Positions 12,699-24,800 of a DNA stretch of 64,000 bases are shown one piece after another. The DNA comes from Gnetum montanum. Its lineage: Eukaryota > Plantae > Gnetophyta. The stretch lies in NCBI GenBank assembly GCA_015680685.1, contig MNCI01001539.1, positions 580,387-644,386 on the forward strand. The letters run 5' to 3'. Below the pieces are notes generated by a model. The model was not told the origin of the DNA. It saw only the letters and a program-made list of their open reading frames with translations, and did no database searches. Position 1 is the stretch's first letter; each line of letters opens with the position of its first letter. Position numbers and translations under genes: made by a program.

Positions 12699-13748
12699 TT
12701 TGAGCTTTCTATTACTTTCTGTTTAACAATGTTTCTGTTTTACAGTATCTGCAATATTTCTCTCAGCCTCCCCGTTCTTTTCTTTGACGCACGAGATCAA
12801 ATTTCTAAAATTCTAATGTTTTTCTCTCTATCTCATTGCCTTGGAATTGCAGAGCCTTGCCTGACAGCGTCTTTCGCTATTCTTTGGATTCTAACCATTT
12901 TCAGATCTTTTTGTTTTTGGTTAGGTTTTAATCCTTTTGCGGGTTCTCCACGGGTTTTGATCACGTTGCAGGGTTATGCGGACCACAACATGTTTCTTTT
13001 TGATTCGTGTTTTGACAACCGCCTTGCTTATGTTGGTCTTCTTGGTTGTGGTTTCTTCTAAAGTTGTTTTCTTCAGCTTTTTCACAACCTCTGGCTTTTT
13101 CTTCTTCGGCGTCATTGCAGCTCGTCACTCCATTGCTGTTGAAGATCTTGTTCGTTGCTGTTTTTCAGCCAGACTTTTGCATGCATGACATTCTCTGGTG
13201 TCGGACCCCTCATGTCCACCATTCAAACATGAGGGTTCCCCTAAACCCTTAGCACCCTTCGGCTCTTCCTTTAGATCCGATCTGTTGAATGTTTCATGTT
13301 CGCCTTTGAAATACTACTTTGTAATAGTTTTGTCAGTACATTGTCCCACCCCCATCTCGCCTTTGATGAGTGGGGTCCGCTCAAATTTTAATGAGCGGGA
13401 GTTTCAAATTTTTGAAGTTGGGACACTATTTATACATGTACTGGCATGCTCATTCCCTTGCCTTTGCAGCTTTGAAAAACTTAATTATTTATTTATTTTT
13501 AGGACATTTAATAAAAAACTTAGAACGACAATATATTCCTAAGCATAAGTCCGATTGGGACAAAATTTGTACTGTTGGAATCATCTCAACAAGTACTGTG
13601 TTGGACATGGTTTTAGGGTCTTTTAGAATTTTAGAATTTTAGAAATTTGATCTCGTGCGTCAAAGAAAAGAACGGGGAGGTTGAGCGAAATACTGCAGAT
13701 ACTGTAAAACAGAAACACTATTAAACAGAAAGTAATAGAAAGCTCAAA

Positions 13749-13823
13749 GCATTGCACAATGTCTGTTGTGACACAAAACGTTTTCGGGGACTTGCACCCG
13801 TCATCAGTGTGTTTAGGCAATGC
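13749..13823 (-). ncRNA. Minimal type I hammerhead ribozyme motif, copy 3 (intact CUGAUGA/GAAA core, stem II closing mismatch)
   Basis: Minus strand: ACACA-CTGATGA-CGGG TGCAAGT CCCC-GAAA-ACGTT-T-TGTGT. Confidence 0.85.
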
Positions 13824-14610
13824 GGCCAGGCAGCCGAAGTTGTAAAGGCAAGGGAATGAGCATGCCAGTACATGTATAAATAGTGTCCCAACTTTAAAAA
13901 TTTGAAACTCTCGCTTATTAAAATTTGAGCAGACCCCATTCATCAAAGGCAAGATGGGGGTGAGACGATGTACTGACAAAACTATTACAAATAGTATTTC
14001 AAAGGCGAACATGAAACATTCAACAAATTGGATCTAGATGGCAGAGCTGAAGGGTGTTTAGGGTTTAGGGGAACCCTCATGTTTGAATGGTGGACATGAG
14101 GGGTCCAACACCAGAGAATGTCATGAACACAGATGTCTGGCTGATAACAGCAACGAACAAAGATCTTCAACAGCAACGGAGAGACGATTTGCAACGCCGC
14201 TGGAGAAGAAACAACCAGAGGTTGTGATGAAGCTGAAGAAAACAGCTTCAGAAGAAACCACAACCAAGAGGACCAATGTAAGCAGGGCGGTTGTCAAAAC
14301 ACGGATCAAGAAGAAACATGTTGTGGTCTGCATAATCCTGCAATGTGATCAGAACTCGTGGAGAACTTGCAAAAGGATTAAAACCTAACCAAAAATAGAA
14401 AGATCTGAAAATGGTTAGAATCCAAAGGACAGTGAAAGATGTTGTCAGGCAAGGCTTTGCAATTCCAAGGCAAAGAGATAGAGAGAAAAACATTAGAATT
14501 TTAGAAATTTGATCTCGTGCGTCAAGGAAAAGAACGGGGAGGCTAGGAGAAATACTGCAAAAACTGTAAAACAGAAACACTGTTAAACAGAAAGTAATAG
14601 AAAGCTCAAA

Positions 14611-14685
14611 GCATTGCACAACGTCTGTTGTGACACAAAACGTTTTTGGGGACTTTCACCCCTCATTAGTGTGCTTAGGCAATGC
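14611..14685 (-). ncRNA. Minimal type I hammerhead ribozyme motif, copy 4 (degenerate)
   Basis: Minus strand: GCACA-CTAATGA-GGGG TGAAAGT CCCC-AAAA-ACGTT-T-TGTGT; G5>A and G12>A. Confidence 0.75.
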
Positions 14686-17600
14686 GGCCAGGCAGCCGAA
14701 GCTGCAAAGGCAAGGGAATGAGCATGCTAGTACATGTATAAATAGTGTCCCAACTTCAAAAATTGGAAACTCTTGCTCATTAAAATTTGAGCGGACCCCA
14801 CTCGTCCAACAAAATAGTACTTCAAAACCATGTCCAACACAGTACTTGTTGAGATGATTCCAACCGTACAAATTTTGTCCCAATTGGACTTATGCTTAGG
14901 AATATATTGCCGTTCTAAGTTTTTCATTATATGTCCTAAAAATAAATAAATAATTAATATATTAAAATTGTTTTTGGCATAGGCTCTAATCATGAGGTAA
15001 AAATGCATTAAATGCTACTGGTTAGTTATAGCATTAAATGCAGTTATTTTTGTTAAGGTGAAAATGCAGTTGTAGCATAAAGAAGTCAGCAATCATCATT
15101 GCTGTGCTAGCTTGTATTTCTTTGAATGGATTTGCCTATATCCAATTTTAAGGATCACCATTGCATTTGTTGACTTTGTTCATTTTTGGGGTTAATGGTT
15201 AGCATGAGTGGGCAATGGAGGATATACATTTCAGTAATGTGGTGAATGGTGCTAAATCTATATGTTTCCATTTTGGTTTTATTGGTATATGTGAGCTTAC
15301 ATTTCAAACTTAAATTGTTGTGGCAAGAAAATAAAAAGGAGTTGCAACTTACAAATCTTTCAATGTGTGTACATGGCCAACGAAGATGGTGCCAACCTTG
15401 GCAGAGTAAAGGAGAGACTCTATGGCTTTGCACATGGACTAGCCCTCTCTCTGATACGGTTCATAAGGGGGCCATAATTTGGGTTTTGGAAGGATTGTAA
15501 GGATAAGCTCTAGGTGATGATGGATCCATAACATGGCAAATGGCGAAAACGAAAAGATAAATGCATAGCAATTGGCAAAGCATATATATACTTGAAGCTA
15601 AACATATTGAGTAGAGTCATGGTCAAAGTTTGTGTAAGAACCTAGCATGATAACGTGGACAACAACGACATCAAAAGAGTAGTAGAGGTTGGAGGTAGAG
15701 TTGCAGATTGGTAGGGCATGCACCATCAAGCATTGTAGGCTTTCAATGCATGGGGCATGAGAATGGGTATGCTTTCCATCTCATGATTTTTCACTATAAC
15801 CATCCATGGCTGATTGTTGGTAGTGCTTCCCATCGAGTGGCCAAATGAGTTTCATAGCAGTTGCTGGCTATTGGCATACGACAGGTCCCTTGGCAACAGA
15901 AACACATCGTGTGCTGTTGCCTTCACATGATTCAATGTGCTCTCGATCCTCTTATGACTTGCTGTAGCACCTATGGCCCTCCTATTACCTTCTACAGCTA
16001 AATGAAACCCTTGCCATTGCTCTGTGTTGCCACTCATATAGCACCTTGTTCACTGCGTTTGCCTTGCTTGCCATGCTACTTTATGCCCTTTTGCATGCCG
16101 CTACACTGTCTCTCCTGTGCCGCCCTTGTTGGAATCAAAAGCCCTTGTTGCATAACCAAGACTGTTGCTCCCTTCCCTTCCTCCAACATAATAGAGAAAG
16201 CCACTATGTTCCCAAAGATTTTAGGATGTTGTTCTCCTAGGACAACACGGTGACTTCTCATGTGCCGGGATTGGAGCAATCAAGAGCCTAGTTCTTGCTT
16301 GTGGAGAACAATTGGGCCCTGTCGTCCACCAACCTATTGATTGTTCTTGCAACTTCGTTAAGATGGTTGATGGTTGGATAGTACACTGAGGACTTGCCAC
16401 CAGCCTTGGAGGCTTGTTGCTATTGCTATTGTTCCTTAAGTTTCATTAGGCATTCAAACGCTTCTACCACCTTTGGTATCATCTCGAATGTTGGTGGTGG
16501 TAGTGGAGGTGGTGCTTCTTCTTGGAGCTTGGCAAGGGCATTATTCTTCATCATTTTCTACCAAGATGCGGCAAGGGCCTTGTGGATTATATTGTTGGAG
16601 TAGGACTTGTAGGTTCTGGATCGGGAGATCTAAGTTCTTCCCCGTCTTCCTCCTCAAGAATTAGTGGTTCATGCAAAGGTTTGCAAACAGAGGCTTGAGA
16701 TTGTTCAACCTTAGTCCTCCTTGGTCTATAGAGCTTGGATCACAATTGCCCCAACATGATAAGCTGTGAAATCTCCTAAAAAATTAAGTGAGTTCCCCTA
16801 GGCATCATACTACCTTTGCAAAATTTCCGCATGAAAACAACGATAAGTACATACTTGGGGGACACTTGAAAAAAGCATCCTCACAATCATTGAATCATGG
16901 TGTGCATGGGAATGTATGAAAAAGGTAGAAATATTTAAATAACTACCAAATACACTACATGCATACCTAAATTGGTGTTTGTCCCATACGACTAAGTTAC
17001 AAGACACCAGGCTTGAATAATAGCTAGAACACCAAGGATAGGAAGAATTGTAAAAATATTATCAATATGTTCATTAGGGTAAAAAATGATAAAGTTTCGC
17101 TTGTTTTTGAAGACTAGAGGCAAGGAAAGCAAGAAAAATTAGAGAGGGCAAAGTGTGGGATGTGTTTGGGAGGCCCCCACACTTTATAGTGGCCTCTTGC
17201 TGTAGGGGGTTCACTAGTGATGCCCCTGCATTGATGTAGGGGGTGCATCAGCACACCCTTCCAAGCAAAGGAAAACACCAAACTTCTCTCTCTTGACCTC
17301 AAACTTACCTTTTGCCGCCTCTAGAGCTTCACACAAGGTCCTCAACATGCTAAATTCATCCTGAATTGACCTCACAAGACATACAAGGAGCAAGGCAACA
17401 AGAGCATTGTAAACTTATCTCAAATGACATCATAGATCATGGGAAATAAGTTGATTGATCAATATATGCATTCCATGATCCCAATACTAGAAAAGAGGGG
17501 TTAGAACAACTAGAGAACGGTTATAGCTCCAAAAATAATGAAATAGAGGCACAATGGAGGTGAATCGATAGGGGTTGTCATGATCAAACCTTGGAGAACA

Positions 17601-18689
17601 AAGAGTCAAGACTCATGCAAGTGGAAGATCAATCAAGTGCTGTATGCAATGCAACCCGCACCATCATGGAGAGATAAGCTTTAGCTTACTTGCCTATGAT
17701 GCCAAGCCACCAAGGATTCACAAGTGGGTCCTCCCTAAGGCAAGCACTTGCCTTCCTTGCCCTTGTGAAACCTGTTGATGAGACATCTATAGATTTTCAA
17801 CAATTCAATGAGATAGTAGCATCAAATGTCAGTCTGTATGCTTGGATGGCTAGATCTCATCCTTGCCTTTGCTTGATTGCCCTCCTACCACACACAACCA
17901 TGGACAAGAATGGAAATAGAAGAGATGGAGAATGAATAATGGATGAGAGAGAGAAAGGAAGAGAGTGCAACATCATTAGATCCCTAGCCAACCATTTAGT
18001 TAGCTCATGGAGCACATGAGCATGTCCTCCACCTCACAAGAGATCTGTTGTCGCATCCTTTCACCGCTACTCATCCATACAATAGGGATTGACCTCCAAG
18101 TCTTCCTTCCAAGTGCAAGGTCACACTGACGACATTCAGTGCCATCTATCCTTGATTGTTCCATGGTCTAACCATTGGTGTGAACCAACCAAGACAACGT
18201 GCCACTGAGCATCTATAAGTCAAGATTTTGGTTTGGCTTTCCTCCATCCATGCACATATGCACGACAAGCTTCTCGAAATTTGCTCTATTGAAAACCTCT
18301 CATCAATCCCCTTGGTTGTGCTAACCAATCCTCCATTTCAACAAAAAACACAATACCATGACCATCAAGAGAAAATTTTCTAGGTTTGAATCTAGTCAAG
18401 GCTTGGGTCAAAGATGAAGATTTGTGAACCTTAGACCAAATGATTAGGGACTTGGGTGGAAACAAGAAATGACATAACCAAGGTTCATTAAGAAAGAGGC
18501 TTTTGGGCCTCCATGGCCATGGATAGGGATGAGTAAAAGATTGTTCTAGATTGCAACATTATGGAAAGTCAAGTGATCTAGACATTGGATCAAACATGAG
18601 AAAAGTTTGCATAGATATAGGTTCAAACAATGATTTGATCTTGGATGTGAGTAACTATGAGATCGGTTTGGATGGTAAACATACTAATT

Positions 18690-21425
18690 TGTACAAACAG
18701 ATAATTGTGGAATTACATTGCTCTTCCCATAACCTCTTCTCTCTTTTCCCTTTCTTCTATTCTAAACACGAAGGAGAGAAGAAAAGATTGGAAAAATAAT
18801 TGTCTCTCTCTCTCTCACATTCATTTTGAATCAACAATTACAACAATTTATAGGAAAGAATTACAATAGGAAATCTACTAAATAAGGAACAAGAAAGCTG
18901 GAAAATAACTGACAGATATTGATGATAGAAATTGATTTAGAGAATCAACTAATTTTGGTAAGTTAACCCATAAAATCAGGCCCTAATTGATCAGACTTTA
19001 TTCTGACTTTCTAACACTCTCCCTCAAGTTGGTGAATAGATATGTATCCTCCTAGCTTGCTAACAATAGAATCAAAGCTTGGTTTGCATAAGGCCTTCGT
19101 GAGAATATCAGCTTTTTGCATCTTGGTAGAAATCTAGGATAGAGCAAATGTTCCATTGTTAACTTTGTTTTTTTATGAAATTCCTATCAATTCTTACATG
19201 CTTCATATGATCATGTTGGATTGGATTTTGGATGATATTGATGGTAAACTTACTGTCGCTAAACAACCTCATCGTACCACTTTGGGGTATCTTGAGATCT
19301 TCCATCAACCTTTGTAGCTAAATGAGTTCACAAATTCCTTATGCTATAGTTGTATATTCAGCTTCTGCCCTACTACGTGCGACAACAAATTATTTTTTGC
19401 TTCTCCACATTACTAAGTTTCCCCAAACCTTGGTACAATACCTTGTAGTAGACTTGCTGTCTTCAATTACTTTGGCCCAATTTGCATCAACAAAACCAAC
19501 AATGTTCCTTTTATTGTACTTCTTGAATAATAGTCCCTTCCATGGGTAGCCCTTTAGATACCTTAGAATCTGATTTACAACATCTTGGTGTCTCTTTGTA
19601 GGAGCATGCACGAACTGGCTAACAATACTTACGCTGAAAGCAATATCTGGCCTAGTGAGAGACAAATAGATGAGTTTATCAACCAAGCGTTGATAGCTTT
19701 CTCGATTTACAAGAGGATCTTCTTTAGGAGTCTTTTGTTTCTAGTTTCATTTGCTAGTCTACACCTCATCTTGCCAGTCTCTTTGAGTAAATCCATGATA
19801 TATTTCCTTTGGGAGATGAAAATCCATTTCTTGCTTCTAGTAATTTCCCTTCTCCAAAAATACTTCAGTCGACCAAGATCTTTGACTCTGAACTCTGCTT
19901 GGAGCTTTCTTTTGAGATCTTCAATCTCATGATCATCATCTCCTGTAATCACTGTATCATCAACATAAACAATAAGGGTTGATCTTTTACCATGCTTCCC
20001 TTCTTTAACAAATAAAGTATGATTGGCTTGTCCTTGTTCATATTGAAGTTGCTTAATCACACCACTAAATTGAGTAAACCAGCCTTGGGGAGATTGTTTG
20101 AGTATGTAGAGTGACTTTTTTAATCTACATACTTTACCCGTACCTTCTTGAGATTCAAAAGCAGGTGGTATCCTCATGTAAACTTCTTCTTCCAATGTAT
20201 CATTTAGGAAGGCATTTTTGATGTTGAGTTGATGTAGCCCCCAATCCAGATTTGCAGCTAAAGACAACAAAACCATAATAGATTTGAGTTTTGCCAAAGG
20301 AGCAAATGTTTCTGCATAGTCTATCTCATACATCTGGGTGAACACTTGTGCCACAAGTTTGGCCTTGTATCTTTCAATGTTGCCATCATGACCATACTTG
20401 ATAGTAAACACCCATTTGCTTCCCACAAGTTTCTTTCCTTTAGGTAGGTGGACTATTTCCCATGTTTCATTGTCTTCCAAAGCCTTCATTTCCTCCATCA
20501 CAGCTTCCTTCCATTTGGAATCTTCCAAAGCCTCAAAGATATCCCTCGGAAATTGTGTCTCGTCAACCTTTGAAAGAAATGCTTTGTAATTACATGATAA
20601 CTTGGAGTATGTGAGATAATTAGAAATGAGATATTTTACACATGACCTCACCCCTTTTCTAACCGCAATTAGAAGATCCAAGTCATCAATCTCTTCATGA
20701 TCATTCACCACCTCAAAATGCTCTTGTATGCCTCCATTAGTTGGGTCTATCAATGGTTTGGGCTCTTGGTTTTGTTGAGGAGCTTGTGGCCATCTATAAT
20801 GTCCCAGAAAGTTGGTTTTGGGTGTGATTCTCCCCCTAGATTCGAATGTGACTCTTGGATTGATTTGACATGAGGTGTGACATGATTTTCTGATGTGAAC
20901 TCAAGCATAGCAATTGGTAGAGATATGATTGAATCCCAATGTTGCTCTTTTGTAGGTTGATTCTCCCCATGAAGAGTAACATTGGGATAAAAGAGTTGGT
21001 GTTCAAGAAATGTGACATCACATGATACAAAAACATGTTTTAAAGGAGGGTAGTAGCATTTATACTCTTTTTGTGTAGTAGAATACCCTAAGAATACACA
21101 CTTGAGAGCTTTTGGATCAAATTTTCCATGATTTGGTTGAGTATTGTACATATATGACACATCCAAAGATAGGAGGTGGAAGAGTGTTGAGAATTCGTGT
21201 AGAAGGAAAGGCTTATAAGAGAAGACTTAGTGGAGTTTGATATTGAAGAGTTTTAGATGGTAGTTGATTAATGATATATGCAGAGGTGAGAATAGCTTCT
21301 CCCTAGAAGGATTGAGGAACATAGCTAGTAAACATAATTGATTGAGCTACCTCTAGAAGATGTCTATTTTTTCGTTTTGCAACCCCATTTTGTTGGGGTG
21401 TATAGGCACAAGAACTTTGCAGGAT
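18690..21425 (-). mobile_element. Degenerate Ty1/copia 3' half (INT, RT, RNase H, PPT, 3' LTR)
   Basis: YTPQQNGVAKRKNRHLL, KCVFLGYS, LHQLNIKNAFL, LIVYVDD, TRPDIAFSVS, GFVDANWA; PPT gagggagag followed by TGTT at 19016. Confidence 0.92.
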
Positions 21426-21838
21426 AAAACAACAATAACAAGAAAGACAAAAGCCACAACCCTCAAAAAAAGAAAAAAGAAAAAAACTCACCTAGCCACA
21501 CCAAACAAAAGTTGACCCACCTACAAACAACCTAAAGATGCATAGGGAGCATCGAGCATCTATAGTAGCACCTCTCTTGGTTGTGAATGGTATCTAGCAC
21601 AACCCTATTGCGCTCCATGGCCACAAAGGTCGTCTTCCACTGAAATTCCTTGAAGCTTGCTTCCTTCCTTGCCCACTCCTCAGCATTCCACTACTCATCC
21701 GGATGCAGTTTTTAACTCTGGTGTTGGATATGCCTCCAGAGTGTGGCCCATGGAGTGCTATGCCTGATGTCCAAAATCATGTAGGGGCATCTCCCCTCCC
21801 GTAGCCATGCCTGTGTATGATCTTTGTGGGCTTGATCT
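21426..21838 (-). mobile_element. Probable 3' end/UTR of LINE-B, separated from its body by the copia insertion
   Basis: Same strand as LINE-B; coding-like sequence ending in a T/GT-rich tail that abuts the copia integrase near 21425. Confidence 0.5.
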
Positions 21839-24800
21839 TGTTATAATTAGATCTGAAAACACACTACAAATGCTCTAGAGAAATTATTAGAACCCTACAG
21901 ATCTGAATAAATCATTAGAGGTAAAATATTGCATTGTAGCAGGTCAAGAAACACTATAAATCACTCTCAAAACGTTTTAAACTCTAGCAAACATTTGCTA
22001 TGATAACGAAATGAAAGCAGAATGAAAACAGTAAAAATAGCACAAGAACACAGAGAGTTATGTGGTTCGGGCCATTTTTACCCTATTTCCACAACAATGG
22101 TGATCTGCTTTCTATTCTTCTCAAATCTTCAGGACACAAGCCATCCTTGTAATTTTTCCAAACACCCAATCTGTTATTCCAACAGATCTCAAATCAACAC
22201 CAACAAGACTTATGTCTCCAAGGTAAAATCTTGATACAATGCTTTCACTTCAAAGTACACCCAAAAGGCTACTCCAAGCCTTCTATTTATGAAGAAACAT
22301 GAGGACCAAACCTCAATTCTAATACATGTGGGATAAAACACATCCCCACATCAAATGCAACATAAAAGGAAATACAACAATTAATGTATTTGTCTTCATT
22401 TTTCCAACAAACTCCCCCTTGAAGACAAATCCAACCAACCTTTAAAAGATGTGCACTTCTGATTAAACTTCAGTTATCTCAAGCTTCTTCCTACAGAAAA
22501 TGTGTTTTTCAGCTATCACTGGTTTTGTTAAAGCATCAGCAACGTTGAGCTTTGTATGGACCTTTTGAACATGCACCAAGCCATCCTCTATGATTTCTCT
22601 TATGAAGTGGAATCAGACATCTATATGTTTTGTCTTGGCATGAAAGGCAGAATTCTTTGCAAGATGGATTGCACTCAAACTATCACAAAACACAGCATAC
22701 CTTTGTTGTTTTAATCCAAGAGACTGCAAAAATCTCTTCATCCATAACATCTCCTTGCATGCTTCTGTGAGGGCTACGTACTCTGATTCAGTTGTAGATA
22801 AAGTTACTAGTGGTTGTAGACGTGACAACCAACTCACTGCTGCACCACCAAAAATAAATGTGTACCCTGTAGAAGATCGTCTTGTATCATGATCAGCAGC
22901 AAAGTTTGCATCTACAAAACCTTCAATGTGCAGATTAGCATCTCCAAAACATAAGCAATGCGCTTTTGTGCCCTTTAAATATTTTAAAATCCATTTGACA
23001 GCTAACCAGTGATTCCACCCATAGTTGGTCATAAATCTACTAACTACTCCAACGGCATAAGCAATATCAGGACGTGTACAAACCATGGCATACATCAATG
23101 ACCCAACAGCAGAAGTATATGGGATATTTTTAACCTTTTCAAAATCCTCTTTTGACTTTGGACAGTCCTTCTTTGATAAATTAAATTGTGCTGAAAAAGG
23201 TGTACTTACAGGTTTTGCATCCTCCATGTTGAAACGCTTTAGAACCTTTCCAATGTAATCTTCCTGACTCAACCACAGCTTCTTCCTTTTTCTGTCCCTG
23301 TAAATATTCATACCAAGAATTTTCTTTGCCTGTCCCAAATCCTTCATAGCAAATTCTTTGCCCATTTCCAATTTTAAATGTTTTATCTCTGCTATATCAT
23401 TTCCAGCAATTAGCATATCATCAACATACAACAACAACACTGTAAATTTACCTGAAATATCTCCAGAAAAATACACACAGTGGTCTAGGTTGTTTTTCTG
23501 ATAAGATAGCTTCTTCATGAAAGTATCAAACCTTTTATACCACTGCCTAGGGGCTTGTTTCAAACCATATAAACTCTTTTTTAGTCTACAAACCAGACCT
23601 GAACCTTGTTGTTCTTCATACCCTTTTGGCTGTTTCATGTAAATTTCCTCCTCCAAATCTCCATGGAGGAATGCTGTTTTTATATCAAGTTGTTCCAACT
23701 CTAAGTCCATGCAGGCCACCAATGATAGCACTAAACGTATAGAAGACTGTTTTACCACTGGAGAAAAAATTTCTTGAAAGTCAATACCTGGTTTCTGTGC
23801 ATAGCCTTTCACCACCAACCTAGCCTTGAAACGTTTTTCCCCATTTGCCTCTGATTTAATTCTGTATAGCCACCTGCACTCCAAGGGTTTTCTCCCTTTT
23901 GGCAACTGAACTAGCTCCCAGGTTTTGTTCTGTTGGAGTGATTCCCATTCATCATTCATAGCTGCCTTCCACTTTGTGGCATCAACACATGTCATGGCTT
24001 CCTTCACTGTTTCTGGTTCACCACTATCGCTGTAAAGTACATAATTCAATGAGGGAGAGTACCTGTCAGGAGGTCTGGTAGTTCTGGTTGACCTTCTAAC
24101 CCAATGAGACACATCTGTAGCTTGTTGTTCATCATCTTCTACCTCATTTTCTTGCTGTCTTGCATTTTCTCCTTGCTGTCCTAAGTTCTTAGCTTGCTGC
24201 CATGTACTTTCAGCATGTTGTCCAAAGTTTCCAGATCTGGAAAATCCATGAATTTCATCATTTTCAATTTCTTTAGTCACGCTAAAAGGAGTCCTTATGC
24301 TTTCTGAGCCATTTCTGTCCTTGTCTTTCTTTTGCAGCTCACTAAACATCACATTTTCTCTGAATTTAACGTCCCTTGATCTCACTACACGTTTCAATTC
24401 AGGATCCCAAAGTCTGAATCCTAACTCATCTTCTCCATATCCAACAAATATGCAACTTTTAGCCCTGTCTTCCATCTTAGTTCTGTTTTCCTTTGGAATA
24501 TGCATAAATGCCTCACATCCAAAAACTCTTAAATGACTGTATGAAACGTTTTTACCTTTCCAAACAACTTCTGGAACAGCATTATCAATTGAAGAATGTG
24601 GAGACCTGTTCACCAAATATGCAGCAGTCATAACTGCCTCTCCCCAAAATGTCTTAGGTAGGCCTGCACCTGAAACCATTGTTCTAGCACGATCCAGCAA
24701 TGTTCTGTTGCATCTTTCAGCAACTCCATTTTCCTGTGGTGTACTAGGAGGGGTACGAATGTGCCTAATTCCTTTGATGTTGCAAAAATCAGCAAATACT

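Larger units (their letters stand above)
11776..14960. repeat. 862-bp unit in tandem (+ arm about 11776-13614) and inverted tandem (- arm about 13627-14960), carrying hammerhead motifs
   Basis: Homologous ORFs offset by exactly 862 nt (12114/12976, 12184/13046, 12336/13198); reverse-complement copies at 13627-14960; N at 12044. Confidence 0.95.

Noticed and set aside
12921-14388. Lysine-rich ORFs (KKTTLEETTTKK...) as histone-like or nucleic-acid-binding genes
   Set aside because: They are the reverse complement of the T-rich repeat unit; ORF bounds differ between copies and no domain is recognisable.
11776-14960. CRISPR array, MITE or ordinary LTR pair
   Set aside because: Eukaryotic context with no repeat-spacer pattern; no TG..CA/PBS/PPT, and no clean terminal inverted repeat with TSD.
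15500-18500. Possible DNA-transposon or LTR internal coding remnants
   Set aside because: Looks TE-derived but I could not identify any diagnostic motif.
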